A stretch of DNA of 32,073 bases from a virus (taxonomy: Duplodnaviria; Caudoviricetes): IMG/VR virus record IMGVR_UViG_3300020045_000688, positions 1 through 32,073 of that record; one strand, 5' to 3'. A model generated the notes under the pieces. It did not search any database. It was not told the DNA's origin and saw nothing but the letters and a program-made list of their open reading frames with translations. The position numbers and the translations under genes were made by a program. How positions within the stretch are numbered: position 1 is the first letter of the stretch; every line of letters starts with the position of its first letter. Shown here piece by piece: positions 18,005 through 27,985 of this stretch.

Positions 18005-19786
18005 ATGTTTAAAGCTGCCCTATCGTCGCTGTCATCATCTATATTTTCAACTGTAAAAGATACAGTAAATGAATATAGACCATCAACGTCTAATGTTACT
18101 GCTGGAGTATTCAATAATCTGGCGCAGCAGGGTATCGCAAATTTATCTTATCGATCTCCGATATTAGCTTCGCTAGCACAATCTGCACTCCAGAATTTTC
18201 AATTAGAATTATTGAAAAAACAGAAATTACAAGAGTATGTAAAATCAGATAAAGCGGATTGGCTTCGTTCACCTACACGTGAAAAGATGGGTAAAGATAC
18301 TTCTACAGAAAAGATAGAGGCAGAGATGATGAAGATCATTTCGAAAATGTCCGATGCCATAGATAAAGAAGGTGTAGAAGCAGCAAAGAAATCTGGAAAA
18401 TTCAAAGAATACGAAAAGTTCTTTGAAGAATTCAAGAAATCAAAATCTGAACCTGCTCTAGAAGCTTCACAACAAAGTACAGAACCAGTCAATAATGACT
18501 CAGCAATTCTCACTAGAATTGAAGGTAACACTAATCGTACCGTCAATGTATTAGAGGAATTGGCAGTTCAAAATTTTGGTCGAGGAACATCTGTCGCACC
18601 AGAAGGAAATAAAAGATCGTTTATAGATCCAATGACAGGAATGCCTAGTATATCTGCGGCAGTAGGTTCTGTTGGTGGTGATATTCTGTCTAAGATATTT
18701 GATGAAAATACTATAAATAAAATATCAGATAAAGTTAAATCTATATTTTCTGGATTAGGCAATACAGTCACTTCTGTAAAACCCAAAACTACAGAAACAG
18801 TATTAAAAGAAAAGGCTGAAGTTCTACGATCAGAAACTGTTTTATCTGAAAATTCAGAAGTTGTAAAACCTGAAACTGTAAAACCTATTCAATCTGGAAA
18901 TACAACCGAATCAACAAAAGAACAGATAGCAAATATCAATTTGTTTTCTGCAAATATGCAGAAAACTGCAGATGAATCGCTCGGAGAATTGAAGAAAATA
19001 TCAGTCGCTGTTGAAAAACAGGTTATACCTACTAGTCCAGATAAAGAATCTACCCCTAAGACTAAAACAAATAGATCTACTAGAGAATCTGCCGTAGACA
19101 AGACTTTAAAAACTACCCAAGAAAAAATAGCGACTAAACCACAAGCAAGAATACCAAAGGGTCAACCCGGTGCTGGAAGATTTACTAAAGTAATTGAATC
19201 AGTAACGCCTAACAAATTAACAACCGTTGCAGAGACTGCTGGTAAAGGAATACTACCTACAGCCACAAGAACAGTAGGTGCTACAGCAGCAAGGGTTGTA
19301 GGAGGTAGTTTATTGGGTGGTCTAGGTAGTTTAGTATCTGGCACGGTAGGTACATTGGCAGCTGGCGCAGCCGGTGTCGCTGCCGCAGGTGCTGGTGGGT
19401 ATATGTTAGGGTCAAAGGTACTAAATCCACTTATCAATAAAGGTATTTCTGCAGCAACTGGCAAAGATAATACATTGGGTGGTTGGATTTATGACAAGAT
19501 GCACCCGGAGACTAAAGATGCTGTTATACCTAAACGAAACGATAAACTGCAAGCAGTTAAATCAACAGATGCAACACAGATCAAAAAACTAACAGACATT
19601 AAAACTAAACAAGATATTGCAAAGTCTACACCACAGGCACCACAAATTGTTGCATTAAATAGTAACAGTTCTGCTCAAACATCAGCGTCTCAAGGACAAT
19701 CATTAATTGTAGGAACATCTATTAGAAATACAGATTCTACATTTGAGAGAGTACAGATGCAGGATTTTTGGCCCAGAACATCGTAA
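18005..19786 (+). CDS. Hypothetical, possibly gp29-like hub/tape-measure protein (593 aa)
   Basis: Helical/low-complexity K/E/S/T-rich protein with a Gly/Ala hydrophobic stretch. Function inferred only from composition, size and context. Confidence 0.4.
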   Translation: MFKAALSSLSSSIFSTVKDTVNEYRPSTSNVTAGVFNNLAQQGIANLSYRSPILASLAQSALQNFQLELLKKQKLQEYVKSDKADWLRSPTREKMGKDTSTEKIEAEMMKIISKMSDAIDKEGVEAAKKSGKFKEYEKFFEEFKKSKSEPALEASQQSTEPVNNDSAILTRIEGNTNRTVNVLEELAVQNFGRGTSVAPEGNKRSFIDPMTGMPSISAAVGSVGGDILSKIFDENTINKISDKVKSIFSGLGNTVTSVKPKTTETVLKEKAEVLRSETVLSENSEVVKPETVKPIQSGNTTESTKEQIANINLFSANMQKTADESLGELKKISVAVEKQVIPTSPDKESTPKTKTNRSTRESAVDKTLKTTQEKIATKPQARIPKGQPGAGRFTKVIESVTPNKLTTVAETAGKGILPTATRTVGATAARVVGGSLLGGLGSLVSGTVGTLAAGAAGVAAAGAGGYMLGSKVLNPLINKGISAATGKDNTLGGWIYDKMHPETKDAVIPKRNDKLQAVKSTDATQIKKLTDIKTKQDIAKSTPQAPQIVALNSNSSAQTSASQGQSLIVGTSIRNTDSTFERVQMQDFWPRTS

Positions 19787-19800
19787 GTAACATTAATAGT

Positions 19801-20247
19801 ATGACTAACACCCAAAAAATAATTTCGGCATTTACTAGAGTATTGTGGGATTCTGATCTTATAGCGTCAAGAATTACGCTTGCTATGGGTGAATTTTTTT
19901 GGGCTATTATGTTATTGTGGACCGGTAATACTTTCGGTAGACCTACGTATACCCATATGGCAGCGGTAATGAGTGAAGAGGCATGGGGATTAATTTTCCT
20001 AATTTCATGCTTCACGCAATTAACCATTGTTCTTATGGATGATCTGCATTCTAGATTCGCAAGATATTTTGCATGCTGGAACGCGTTACTTTGGTCGTAT
20101 ACCGTGGTGTCAATGTTACTCTCTGTATATCCACCGCCAGCTGCTATTGGCGGTGAAATGGCGATGGCATTATCGGCAATTTGGATTTGGTTACGACCAT
20201 ACGCTTTAGTAGAAGGATACGCCCGTGCAGCAAGACAATATCAATAA
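19801..20247 (+). CDS. Multi-pass membrane protein (holin/antiholin candidate)
   Basis: About four hydrophobic segments. ATG 19801 preferred over the overlapping TTG 19768. Confidence 0.55.
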   Translation: MTNTQKIISAFTRVLWDSDLIASRITLAMGEFFWAIMLLWTGNTFGRPTYTHMAAVMSEEAWGLIFLISCFTQLTIVLMDDLHSRFARYFACWNALLWSYTVVSMLLSVYPPPAAIGGEMAMALSAIWIWLRPYALVEGYARAARQYQ

Positions 20248-20575
20248 TCCAGGACGTAGAGCATCAGATCTTACTCCGTCTGGATTACCACCAACAATTT
20301 ATGATGTATGGAAGTTGCTCGTGGAAGTTAATGAAGGATTGGCTGAAGTTAAACGCCAACAAAAAGAACATGCATCAGCATTTATTAAAGATGATCTAGA
20401 TCGTCCTGACTTTGATGGACATCGTAAATCTCATATTAAATTGGTTAAAGCAGAAGAGATTGTTCAAGAATATAAGATGGATGCAACCAAGAAAATCCTT
20501 GGTGCCGCAATCGTGTTTATTCTAGGGTTATTGTCATCTGGTGTGGCGGTTAAAATTGGAGAACATGTAAAATGA
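20225..20575 (+). CDS. Coiled-coil protein with C-terminal TM helix (holin-like candidate)
   Basis: RBS AAGGA plus GTG start; GRRASD motif; terminal ILGAAIVFILGLLSSGVAV. Confidence 0.55.
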   Translation: MQQDNINNPGRRASDLTPSGLPPTIYDVWKLLVEVNEGLAEVKRQQKEHASAFIKDDLDRPDFDGHRKSHIKLVKAEEIVQEYKMDATKKILGAAIVFILGLLSSGVAVKIGEHVK

Positions 20576-21534
20576 GCGTGCATTCTAGACAAGAGATGAT
20601 TAACTATGCACTGAGAAAACTTGGTGGTGGTGTCGTTAATATTTCAGTTACTCCAGAGCAAATCGATGATCGCGTAGACGAAGCGTTACAGTTCTTCCAA
20701 GATTTCCATCATGATGGTACAGAACGGATTTATCTTAAACATCAAGTATCTGGTACACAGATCAATGTAACTTCTGCAGCGAACTTTATAGTAGGCGAGG
20801 TAGTGACAGGGTCATCTGGATGCACGTTTAGAATAGAATCTATTGATCTTACCCAGAACGCTCTCATAACGTCAACCGTATATCTTGGGCAACGCCAGGA
20901 GTACCAGTTCTTACCTCTAGAGGTAATTACCGGTGGTTCGTCATTTGCTAGTACTACAGTGATATCCAAGATTCAGGGAGACATTGAAAACCGATGTGTT
21001 CCAGTTTCTGATATGGTAACAGGTGTAATCAGAGCTATCCCATGGTGGCATATCACCAACAAATCTACATATGAGTTCGATCCACAATATCAAGTTGTAA
21101 TGACAACGTTCCAGAATTTAGCATCATCATCAATGATCTATTATTCTCAGCTTATGTCGCATATCTCTATGTTAGATCAGATTCTAAGACCTATCGATTC
21201 ACTTAGATTTAATCGTAAGATGGGTAAGATCTATCTAGATTTTGATTGGACAACTGCACATATTGGTGGATATCTGATTTTTGAGTGTTATCGAATCCTA
21301 GACCCAGAAGTGTTTACTTCTATCTATAACGATAGGATGCTCAAGAAATTAGTTACTGCTAAATTAAAGTATCAATGGGCACAAAATATGTTACTTTACT
21401 CTGGTATCCAATTACTAGGTGGTGTTACTGTAGATGCTACTTCATTGATGGCTGCTGCGGTCGCTGAAATTGAATCTGCCGAACATGAAATTAGAGAAAG
21501 TTATTCTGAGCCTCCGCTCGGTTTCCTAGGATAA
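20572..21534 (+). CDS. Neck protein, T4 gp13-like
   Basis: SRQE...YALRKLG..V.NI.V..EQIDDRVDEALQFF..FH.DG; YNDR.LKK..TA..K.QW..N; GGVT; terminal PP....G. Confidence 0.9.
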   Translation: MSVHSRQEMINYALRKLGGGVVNISVTPEQIDDRVDEALQFFQDFHHDGTERIYLKHQVSGTQINVTSAANFIVGEVVTGSSGCTFRIESIDLTQNALITSTVYLGQRQEYQFLPLEVITGGSSFASTTVISKIQGDIENRCVPVSDMVTGVIRAIPWWHITNKSTYEFDPQYQVVMTTFQNLASSSMIYYSQLMSHISMLDQILRPIDSLRFNRKMGKIYLDFDWTTAHIGGYLIFECYRILDPEVFTSIYNDRMLKKLVTAKLKYQWAQNMLLYSGIQLLGGVTVDATSLMAAAVAEIESAEHEIRESYSEPPLGFLG

Positions 21535-21537
21535 AAC

Positions 21538-22083
21538 ATGAAAAATATTGAAGAAGCAATTGACGAAATTATCTCCGTTGAGGGTGGATATGTAAACGAT
21601 CCGGTTGATAAGGGTGGTGAGACTAATTTCGGCATCACTAAAGCCGTAGCACTAGCATTTGGTTATACTGGTGCAATGATCGATTTAACTAAAACACAGG
21701 CGCACGGTATTTACTTCAACAGATATTGGGTTCAACCTAATTTTCATGAAATCTATAAACGTAGTCCTACAATTGCATTTGAACTTTTAGATACTGCAAT
21801 TAACATGGGGCAGTCCACAGCAGGCAAATTCCTACAACGTGCACTCAATACATTAAATATAAGTGGTACCATATTTCCAGATATGACAGTTGATGGCTCA
21901 ATCGGCGCAATGACACTTTCAGCATTAGATAGATTTTTAACATCAAGAAAACAAGATGGTGAAATAGTCCTTCTAAGAATGTTAAATGCACAACAATCTG
22001 TTAGATATATGGAAATTGCAGAGGCCAATAAGGAACAGGAACGTTTCCAATTTGGTTGGCAGAAAAATAGAGTGGGAATGTAA
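21538..22083 (+). CDS. Endolysin, glycoside hydrolase family 108 with C-terminal peptidoglycan-binding domain
   Basis: EGGYVNDP.D.GGETNFGIT catalytic motif; D.A.N.G; LQRALN; VDG.IG..T; F..GW..NR. Confidence 0.92.
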   Translation: MKNIEEAIDEIISVEGGYVNDPVDKGGETNFGITKAVALAFGYTGAMIDLTKTQAHGIYFNRYWVQPNFHEIYKRSPTIAFELLDTAINMGQSTAGKFLQRALNTLNISGTIFPDMTVDGSIGAMTLSALDRFLTSRKQDGEIVLLRMLNAQQSVRYMEIAEANKEQERFQFGWQKNRVGM

Positions 22084-22084
22084 A

Positions 22085-22681
22085 ATGGCTGAGATTGATT
22101 GGAAAAAACTTGTCTCTACAGTAGCACCTACTCTAGGTACAATGTTGGGTGGCCCTCTCGTTGGTACTGCTGTATCCGCTTTGTCTAATGTGTTTTTAGG
22201 TAATCCAGATGGCACGGAATCTGAAGTATCTAAAGCGGTTATTGACGGATTAACTCCAGAGAAGATTGCCGAGATGCAGAAAGTTGATATTGAACATAAA
22301 GAAACTATGGCAAAACTCGGTTTTGATTATGCTAAATTACAACAAGACAAAGAACTTGCGTTTGTAGATGACGTAAAGGATGCACGCAAATATCGAGATG
22401 ACAAAGTATTCTGGCTCGGTGTGATTATCTTGGGTATGTTTGCCATAGTAATGGGTATGTCTCTATATGGAACATACGGTATTATTTCTGGTGGCATTCC
22501 AATCAAGGATGTATCTGTGGTAGCTGCAATATCTGGATTTGTCGGTACTATCATTGGTTACGTTGCTGCTAATGCCCAACAGGTTGTTTCTTACTTCTAT
22601 GGATCATCTGCTGGGTCTGCCCAGAAAACATCAGAAATGTCTGCATCATTTAAATCTGCGATTAATTCGGTTACAAAATAA
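22085..22681 (+). CDS. Holin-like membrane protein (3TM-holin family-like)
   Basis: Start MAEIDWKK 1 nt after the endolysin stop. APTLGT.LGGP, D..DAR, two TM helices, YFYGSS.GS. Confidence 0.75.
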   Translation: MAEIDWKKLVSTVAPTLGTMLGGPLVGTAVSALSNVFLGNPDGTESEVSKAVIDGLTPEKIAEMQKVDIEHKETMAKLGFDYAKLQQDKELAFVDDVKDARKYRDDKVFWLGVIILGMFAIVMGMSLYGTYGIISGGIPIKDVSVVAAISGFVGTIIGYVAANAQQVVSYFYGSSAGSAQKTSEMSASFKSAINSVTK

Positions 22682-22682
22682 T

Positions 22683-23441
22683 ATGGCAGTAAATCCATAT
22701 CTATCAATTCATACTACAGGTTATGCTCCTACGCACGATTTGTACGAGGGAATGGTTATCGAAAACATTCAGATATCAGGCCAGGATTTTTATTATATCC
22801 CTAGAGAACTTAGTCCTAGTTTTGACCAGATTTTCGGAGAAGATCCATTATCGTCATTCTCCAAATATGCAATTATAGAATGCTACCTAGAATCTACAAC
22901 TGGTTGGGGTGGCGAGCAGGAAATATTATCCAAATTTAATTTTGAAGTAAGAAACACGACTACATTGGTAGTGTCACGAAAGAGATTTGGTGAAGTATGT
23001 GCTCCTATCGTTCCTACAGGTAGAAATGAAAAATTGAAATACCGCCCATGTGAGGGTGATCTATTCTATCTTCCATTTTCTAAATCATTATTTGAGATTA
23101 AATTCGTTGATGATGAAAATCCAGTGTTTTACCAATTGTCCAAGAAATATATCTGGTCAATCCGATGTGAACTTGTCCAATTAAATAATGAACGTTTTAC
23201 CACTGGAATTCCAGATATTGACGCATTTGGTGAAGGTCTAGACAGACTAAATATGGGTATTGTCATGGAAGACGGTTCGTATTTGGTTCAAGAAGTCGGT
23301 GGTATCTTTATCGACGAGTCATATACTATTGGTGAACCATATGATGAACGAGTCAATTTTGGCGACAATGATGTTATCAAACAGGAGTTCATGGATATAT
23401 TAAATTTCAGTGCTGACAATCCTTTTGCAGAACGGTTCTAA
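22683..23441 (+). CDS. Neck protein, T4 gp14-like
   Basis: Start MAVNPY at 22683. E.IQI.G.D.YYIPR, IFGED..S.F, SKF, RP.EGDL.Y.P, LFEIKFV, FYQL.K and NPF motifs. Confidence 0.9.
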   Translation: MAVNPYLSIHTTGYAPTHDLYEGMVIENIQISGQDFYYIPRELSPSFDQIFGEDPLSSFSKYAIIECYLESTTGWGGEQEILSKFNFEVRNTTTLVVSRKRFGEVCAPIVPTGRNEKLKYRPCEGDLFYLPFSKSLFEIKFVDDENPVFYQLSKKYIWSIRCELVQLNNERFTTGIPDIDAFGEGLDRLNMGIVMEDGSYLVQEVGGIFIDESYTIGEPYDERVNFGDNDVIKQEFMDILNFSADNPFAERF

Positions 23442-24248
23442 ATGTTAAGTAAAAAACCTTTTTATTATTCTACTACCCGTAAGATTGTCGTTGCGTTTGC
23501 TGGACTGTTTTCCAATGTTTTTTGTGTGACCAAGGATAAAACAGGTGTCACTAAGAAGATTGTTAATGTACCAATCGCATTATCTAATAAAGAGAAATTC
23601 ATCATTAGACTTCAGCAAGATCCTTCTCTAGCAAATGATGTAGAGATAACTTTACCTAGACTTAGTTTTGAGATCGTTGGGTTTGATTATGATTCTGCTA
23701 GACAACTGAATAAGATGAATAAGGTTATATCTGAGAAGGATGGTAAAACTGTATACAGTTATGCGTCTGTACCATATTCGTTATCGATTAACCTATATTC
23801 ATATACCCGTACTCAAGAAGATAACTATCAGATCATGGAGCAGATACTCCCGTATTTTACTCCAGACATGAATGTATCTATCAAGATGTTACAGAATCCA
23901 GATGTCATTCAGGATTGTCAATTAGTATTAAATTCAGTTAATCAAGATGATTCATATGATGGTTCATTTGAAGAACGTCGATATATTATTACTACATATT
24001 CTTTCACAATGAAGACTTCCTACTTTGGACAGATGTACGGTATCGGAGATACAGAGGGTCACTTTGATGTAGGTAGTGAAGCATCTGTTATCAAGAATGT
24101 TAACGTCAATTTAAATAACATAAAATATAACGTCCACGTCGATCCTCTAGAAGCAAACGAATCTGATATCTATACAACCCCAGATTCTTGGTCAGAAACT
24201 AACCCACCACAGGTATATCATTATGAGCATCACACCAAATACGAATAA
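23442..24248 (+). CDS. Tail sheath terminator/stabiliser, T4 gp15-like
   Basis: FY....RK.V.AF..LF, VPI....KEKF, LPRLSFEI....YD..R, VPY, QI.EQILPYF.P, Y.G.FE.RR. Confidence 0.92.
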   Translation: MLSKKPFYYSTTRKIVVAFAGLFSNVFCVTKDKTGVTKKIVNVPIALSNKEKFIIRLQQDPSLANDVEITLPRLSFEIVGFDYDSARQLNKMNKVISEKDGKTVYSYASVPYSLSINLYSYTRTQEDNYQIMEQILPYFTPDMNVSIKMLQNPDVIQDCQLVLNSVNQDDSYDGSFEERRYIITTYSFTMKTSYFGQMYGIGDTEGHFDVGSEASVIKNVNVNLNNIKYNVHVDPLEANESDIYTTPDSWSETNPPQVYHYEHHTKYE

Positions 24249-24669
24249 AGCGTTATCTGATATTTTTGACGTAGAACTGACCACAACAGATAAATCATTT
24301 GATGAACTACAGATTGCTGCAAAGGCCGATTCTATAGATTCATTGGAGACACAACGGAAATACGTCAAGGATAATATCATTGCGCTCCTAGAAAAGGGAT
24401 CATTGCTACTAGATAATCTCACAAATATTGCCAATTCTACAGAGGCATCGAAGGATTTTCAAGTTGCTGCAGGAATAATAGATACTCTTGTCAAAACCAA
24501 CATGACTCTACTTGAATGTGAAGTTGTCCATAAACCTAAGTTAGATCCTGCAACACTTCAGAATAACGTAGGTCAGATAACAAATAATACCGCAGTTTTT
24601 GTCGGATCGACTACGGATTTATCAAAGTATCTTAAAGAATCTGCACTGAAAATTGAAACAAATTTTTAG
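24223..24669 (+). CDS. Terminase small subunit, gp16-like
   Basis: Follows gp15. C-terminal TNNTAVFVGSTTDL.K.LK motif of T4-like gp16. Confidence 0.75.
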   Translation: MSITPNTNKALSDIFDVELTTTDKSFDELQIAAKADSIDSLETQRKYVKDNIIALLEKGSLLLDNLTNIANSTEASKDFQVAAGIIDTLVKTNMTLLECEVVHKPKLDPATLQNNVGQITNNTAVFVGSTTDLSKYLKESALKIETNF

Positions 24670-24672
24670 AAC

Positions 24673-24680
24673 ATTAAATA
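24673..24680 (+). promoter_or_regulatory. Putative late promoter ATTAAATA
   Basis: Intergenic, 28 nt before ATG 24709. Confidence 0.55.
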
Positions 24681-24708
24681 GCTATAGAACAACATTACAG
24701 ATGACGCA

Positions 24709-25959
24709 ATGACAACTAAACTCTCAGATGAAAAGATCCTACGTGATAAATATTTTGCAAATGAAATATTCCGTATAGGCGAATTAGTAGAAGACGTCAG
24801 TACAGGCGAACAGATGAAAATCTTGGATCGCGGGTCTAACTATGTCACGGTAGCTACATCTGCTGGTATCATTAAAAAATGGCTCAACGAAGTCAAGGAA
24901 GAGATTCCAGTAATCACAGATCAAGTAGTTATTACTGAAGCAATTATTGATCCAGATTTTGAGATTCTAGAATCAGGACAGATTAAATTGTTTGGGTATG
25001 AGACTAAGAATTTCGACCAAGAACTATCATTACTAATGCTAGAGCAATTCTCTGAGTTTGAGGATTTATATTCTAAGCATCAGATTATTAAATGTCTAGA
25101 TTTATCAATTCAGGAAAATGATTCCGAAGTTGCCTATGACCTACTAAATAAAGTAGACAAGTTCTACACTAAACAAAATATTACTACGCCATTTATTGTA
25201 GAGGCATTGAAGAACGATATTGAACGTACTCGTATTTCTCAGATTCTTGCAGCAGTAGCAGGAGTTACTCCATCAAAAAATAATACTAAGACTATTCAAG
25301 GTGCAGTTGTTGCTTTGAAGGATAAGTATAAATCTAGACAACAATGGGAAGTCCTTGCACCGTTTTTTAAACTTGCACAAGATGCTGGGTTAGTAGGAGT
25401 AATGAATAATCTCCCGTTCAATATCGCATCACTAAAACTAGTTCACGAAGAACAAGTAACAGATGAGTTGATGATAGAGATCCTAGAGGATAATCTAGAT
25501 TTATTAGTAGATGATCTATCTTTTGATGACGTTGATGATACATTCATCGAAGAAGATTATTCAGAAGAACTTATTTCTGAAGTTCTATCTATCGAAACTC
25601 GCACTAGTATGGCTCGGAAGATCAAACAACATTCTCCAATGATGAATATTAGACGAGAGCGAGCATTGACCAAAGCAGCATCTACTTCTGTATTGTTGAG
25701 TCGCGCACGTAAATTGGCCGAAACAATGTTGAAACGTAAATTGTTTCATAAATCTCCTGGTGACATGACACGACAAGAAAAAGAACGATTCGAGGCAGGT
25801 GCGACTAAACGTAGAAGTCTAGTTGCTAGATTGGCTCAACGTTTAGTCGGTAAAGTACGTGATCTACAATCTGCTAGATTACATCACACAGCAACCCCAG
25901 TTTCACCGGAAAGAAATGTCGCGGCGCATCACATCGCAGCAAGTGCAGGGGCATCATGA
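24709..25959 (+). CDS. Hypothetical; acidic middle and basic C-terminal domain, possible prohead-core/internal head protein
   Basis: Strongly acidic block (DDLSFDDVDDTFIEEDYSEE) followed by an R/K-rich helical domain. Preceded by ATTAAATA. Confidence 0.55.
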   Translation: MTTKLSDEKILRDKYFANEIFRIGELVEDVSTGEQMKILDRGSNYVTVATSAGIIKKWLNEVKEEIPVITDQVVITEAIIDPDFEILESGQIKLFGYETKNFDQELSLLMLEQFSEFEDLYSKHQIIKCLDLSIQENDSEVAYDLLNKVDKFYTKQNITTPFIVEALKNDIERTRISQILAAVAGVTPSKNNTKTIQGAVVALKDKYKSRQQWEVLAPFFKLAQDAGLVGVMNNLPFNIASLKLVHEEQVTDELMIEILEDNLDLLVDDLSFDDVDDTFIEEDYSEELISEVLSIETRTSMARKIKQHSPMMNIRRERALTKAASTSVLLSRARKLAETMLKRKLFHKSPGDMTRQEKERFEAGATKRRSLVARLAQRLVGKVRDLQSARLHHTATPVSPERNVAAHHIAASAGAS

Positions 25960-26396
25960 TTACAGACGATTTAAAGATTTTACTTGCGGATCATATCGAA
26001 TCTGCTCTAATAGTACATGGTTATCATTGGAATATTCAAGGTCCAGATTTCAATCAATACCACGATTTCTTCGGTGAAATCTACGATGATTATCAAGGCC
26101 AAGTGGATACATTGGCAGAATACATTCGCAGTGTCTCATTTGGTAATGAGTATGTTGCAGCAACTGCATCTATTGTCAAATTAAATACTACAGTCGAAGC
26201 GATACCGGTTGTCGGCAATAAGGCAATTCAGATGTGCCACGAAATCATCAAACTCAATAATAACTTATTTGACCGTATGGCAAAGCTATTTGATGACGCA
26301 ACGACTGAGAAAATGGACGGTTTAGCAAATTATTGTGCTGAACGCATGAACTATCATACAAAATTAAACTGGAAACTCTTGGCAATTGTCAAGTAA
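25956..26396 (+). CDS. dps: Dps/ferritin-like DNA-protection protein
   Basis: H..HWNI.G..F...H.FF.EIY.......D.LAE.IR ferroxidase signature; terminal H.K..W.L. Confidence 0.88.
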   Translation: MITDDLKILLADHIESALIVHGYHWNIQGPDFNQYHDFFGEIYDDYQGQVDTLAEYIRSVSFGNEYVAATASIVKLNTTVEAIPVVGNKAIQMCHEIIKLNNNLFDRMAKLFDDATTEKMDGLANYCAERMNYHTKLNWKLLAIVK

Positions 26397-26405
26397 AGGA
26401 AACAC

Positions 26406-27500
26406 ATGGAAATCGAATCTCTACACAAATATATCAATCTAAATAAATTAGCCAATGGTACAACTGAAGTGATGTTTGCTGGTCAACCGTGTCTTACTAT
26501 TACTGAGACTAAGTTTAATATTGCATGGAAGATTAATCCAGTGTTTGCTAAATTAGTTTATGGCGCAAATATTTTTGAAGATATTCCAGTCTGCACAGAG
26601 GATTATTCCTCTACTGAAGAGGCGGTTGCTGGTGGTCTGGTAAAACTTCATGAATTAGGTGCGTTTACTACGGAAGTAGATTTTCCTGAAGATACCTATG
26701 CTGCAACGATGAATCAAGTTCAAGAAGAAGTAAAACAATATTCTATCAAGAACACTAAAAATATCATGGAAGCTAGTCTCCTATCTACAAAGATTATGAA
26801 GAGCATTCATGAAGATAAATTTGACAAATACAACAAGTTTGTTAGACCCGAAGTATCTGTTGATATTGTTCCAGAAGTTGCACAAATCATAGAAGAGAAA
26901 TCTGCTCCAGTAACTGGAGTATTCAAAACTTGGCTTGAAGCAAAATTAAATGAACAGTTCAATTCTGATGACTATTATTTAGTTGACACAAACACAAAGA
27001 AAGTTGTTCGCAATCTGGGGCAAAAGCGGATTAGTCAATCATTTAATTCATCCCCACATAAAGCACCTGAACTAGCTCAATATATCGAAAAAGCGGGTCA
27101 CACTGTCATGTCTGGAATGCAATTGAATAAACATGGTTATACCAATGAATCAATTGTAGAAGGTGCAGACGAAGATCATGAAAAATGGAAATCAGATGTT
27201 CAGAAAGCACACCCAGGAGTGAAGATGAAGTTCAAGGGTTACATTGAAGATGGTAAGGATAATATTTCTGCTGAAGATGAAAAAGGTCGCACACATGGTG
27301 TTTGGGACAATGACAAGAATAAAGGTCATATCTTCAAGTTAGAGGAAGACGTTATCGACGAGAAAACACTCACAGATGCAGAACTAACCAAGCGTGAAGA
27401 GATTGTTAAAGCGCTCAAGAAAGATCCTAAGTTCCAAACTAAGCGCGGTAAAGATTCTGCATATGCCATTGCTACATCTAAAGCAAAGGAAGTAGCATGA
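26406..27500 (+). CDS. Hypothetical modular protein (364 aa), possible internal head protein
   Basis: RBS AAGGA; charged, modular sequence; C-terminal KREEIVKALKK...AYAIATSKAK. Confidence 0.6.
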   Translation: MEIESLHKYINLNKLANGTTEVMFAGQPCLTITETKFNIAWKINPVFAKLVYGANIFEDIPVCTEDYSSTEEAVAGGLVKLHELGAFTTEVDFPEDTYAATMNQVQEEVKQYSIKNTKNIMEASLLSTKIMKSIHEDKFDKYNKFVRPEVSVDIVPEVAQIIEEKSAPVTGVFKTWLEAKLNEQFNSDDYYLVDTNTKKVVRNLGQKRISQSFNSSPHKAPELAQYIEKAGHTVMSGMQLNKHGYTNESIVEGADEDHEKWKSDVQKAHPGVKMKFKGYIEDGKDNISAEDEKGRTHGVWDNDKNKGHIFKLEEDVIDEKTLTDAELTKREEIVKALKKDPKFQTKRGKDSAYAIATSKAKEVA

Positions 27501-27682
27501 ATTCATTCGACAAGATTAAATCTATCCTAGATGAACGCAATAATATGCCCCAAGGACATAAACATATTCCCGATCCAATCGAAGGTGATACGTATAAAAA
27601 TCAGGGTAGAAAATTAAAACAAATGGGAAATCGCGTCCCAATGGAAATTATTGCCAAGATCCTAGCAAAGGGTGGAGAATGA
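27497..27682 (+). CDS. Hypothetical protein (61 aa)
   Basis: ATGA overlaps at both ends; RBS AGGA. Confidence 0.55.
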   Translation: MNSFDKIKSILDERNNMPQGHKHIPDPIEGDTYKNQGRKLKQMGNRVPMEIIAKILAKGGE

Positions 27683-27984
27683 GTTTATTGAAGACTAAAC
27701 CTAGGTATTGTGAAAATGCAGTTGCAACTGAACATGGATGGATTGATCCAGTTACTAAGGAACTATTAGTATCGGTGCGCAATCTAAAGAGCAAGTTAAA
27801 GATTGAAACTAGAATATTGAATAAGGCAAAGAAAATGGAAAATAATGAATTACCTCGTGTACGTAAAGAATATGCTCCGCGCAAACCTAAAGTAATTGGT
27901 GAAGTTGTTCAACAACCTAAACAAATGCAACTCTTGGGTGAAGTAGTCGAATATGATCTAGAGAAACCTGTTCTAGGCGAATAA
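27679..27984 (+). CDS. Hypothetical protein (101 aa)
   Basis: Coupled overlap. P.YC.NAVAT..GW.DP.T.ELLVS N-terminal motif. Confidence 0.6.
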   Translation: MSLLKTKPRYCENAVATEHGWIDPVTKELLVSVRNLKSKLKIETRILNKAKKMENNELPRVRKEYAPRKPKVIGEVVQQPKQMQLLGEVVEYDLEKPVLGE

Positions 27985-27985
27985 T

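Noticed and set aside
21986-22682. Listed long starts at 21986 and 22539
   Set aside because: They overlap upstream genes extensively. ATGs at 22085 and 22683 directly follow the previous stops.
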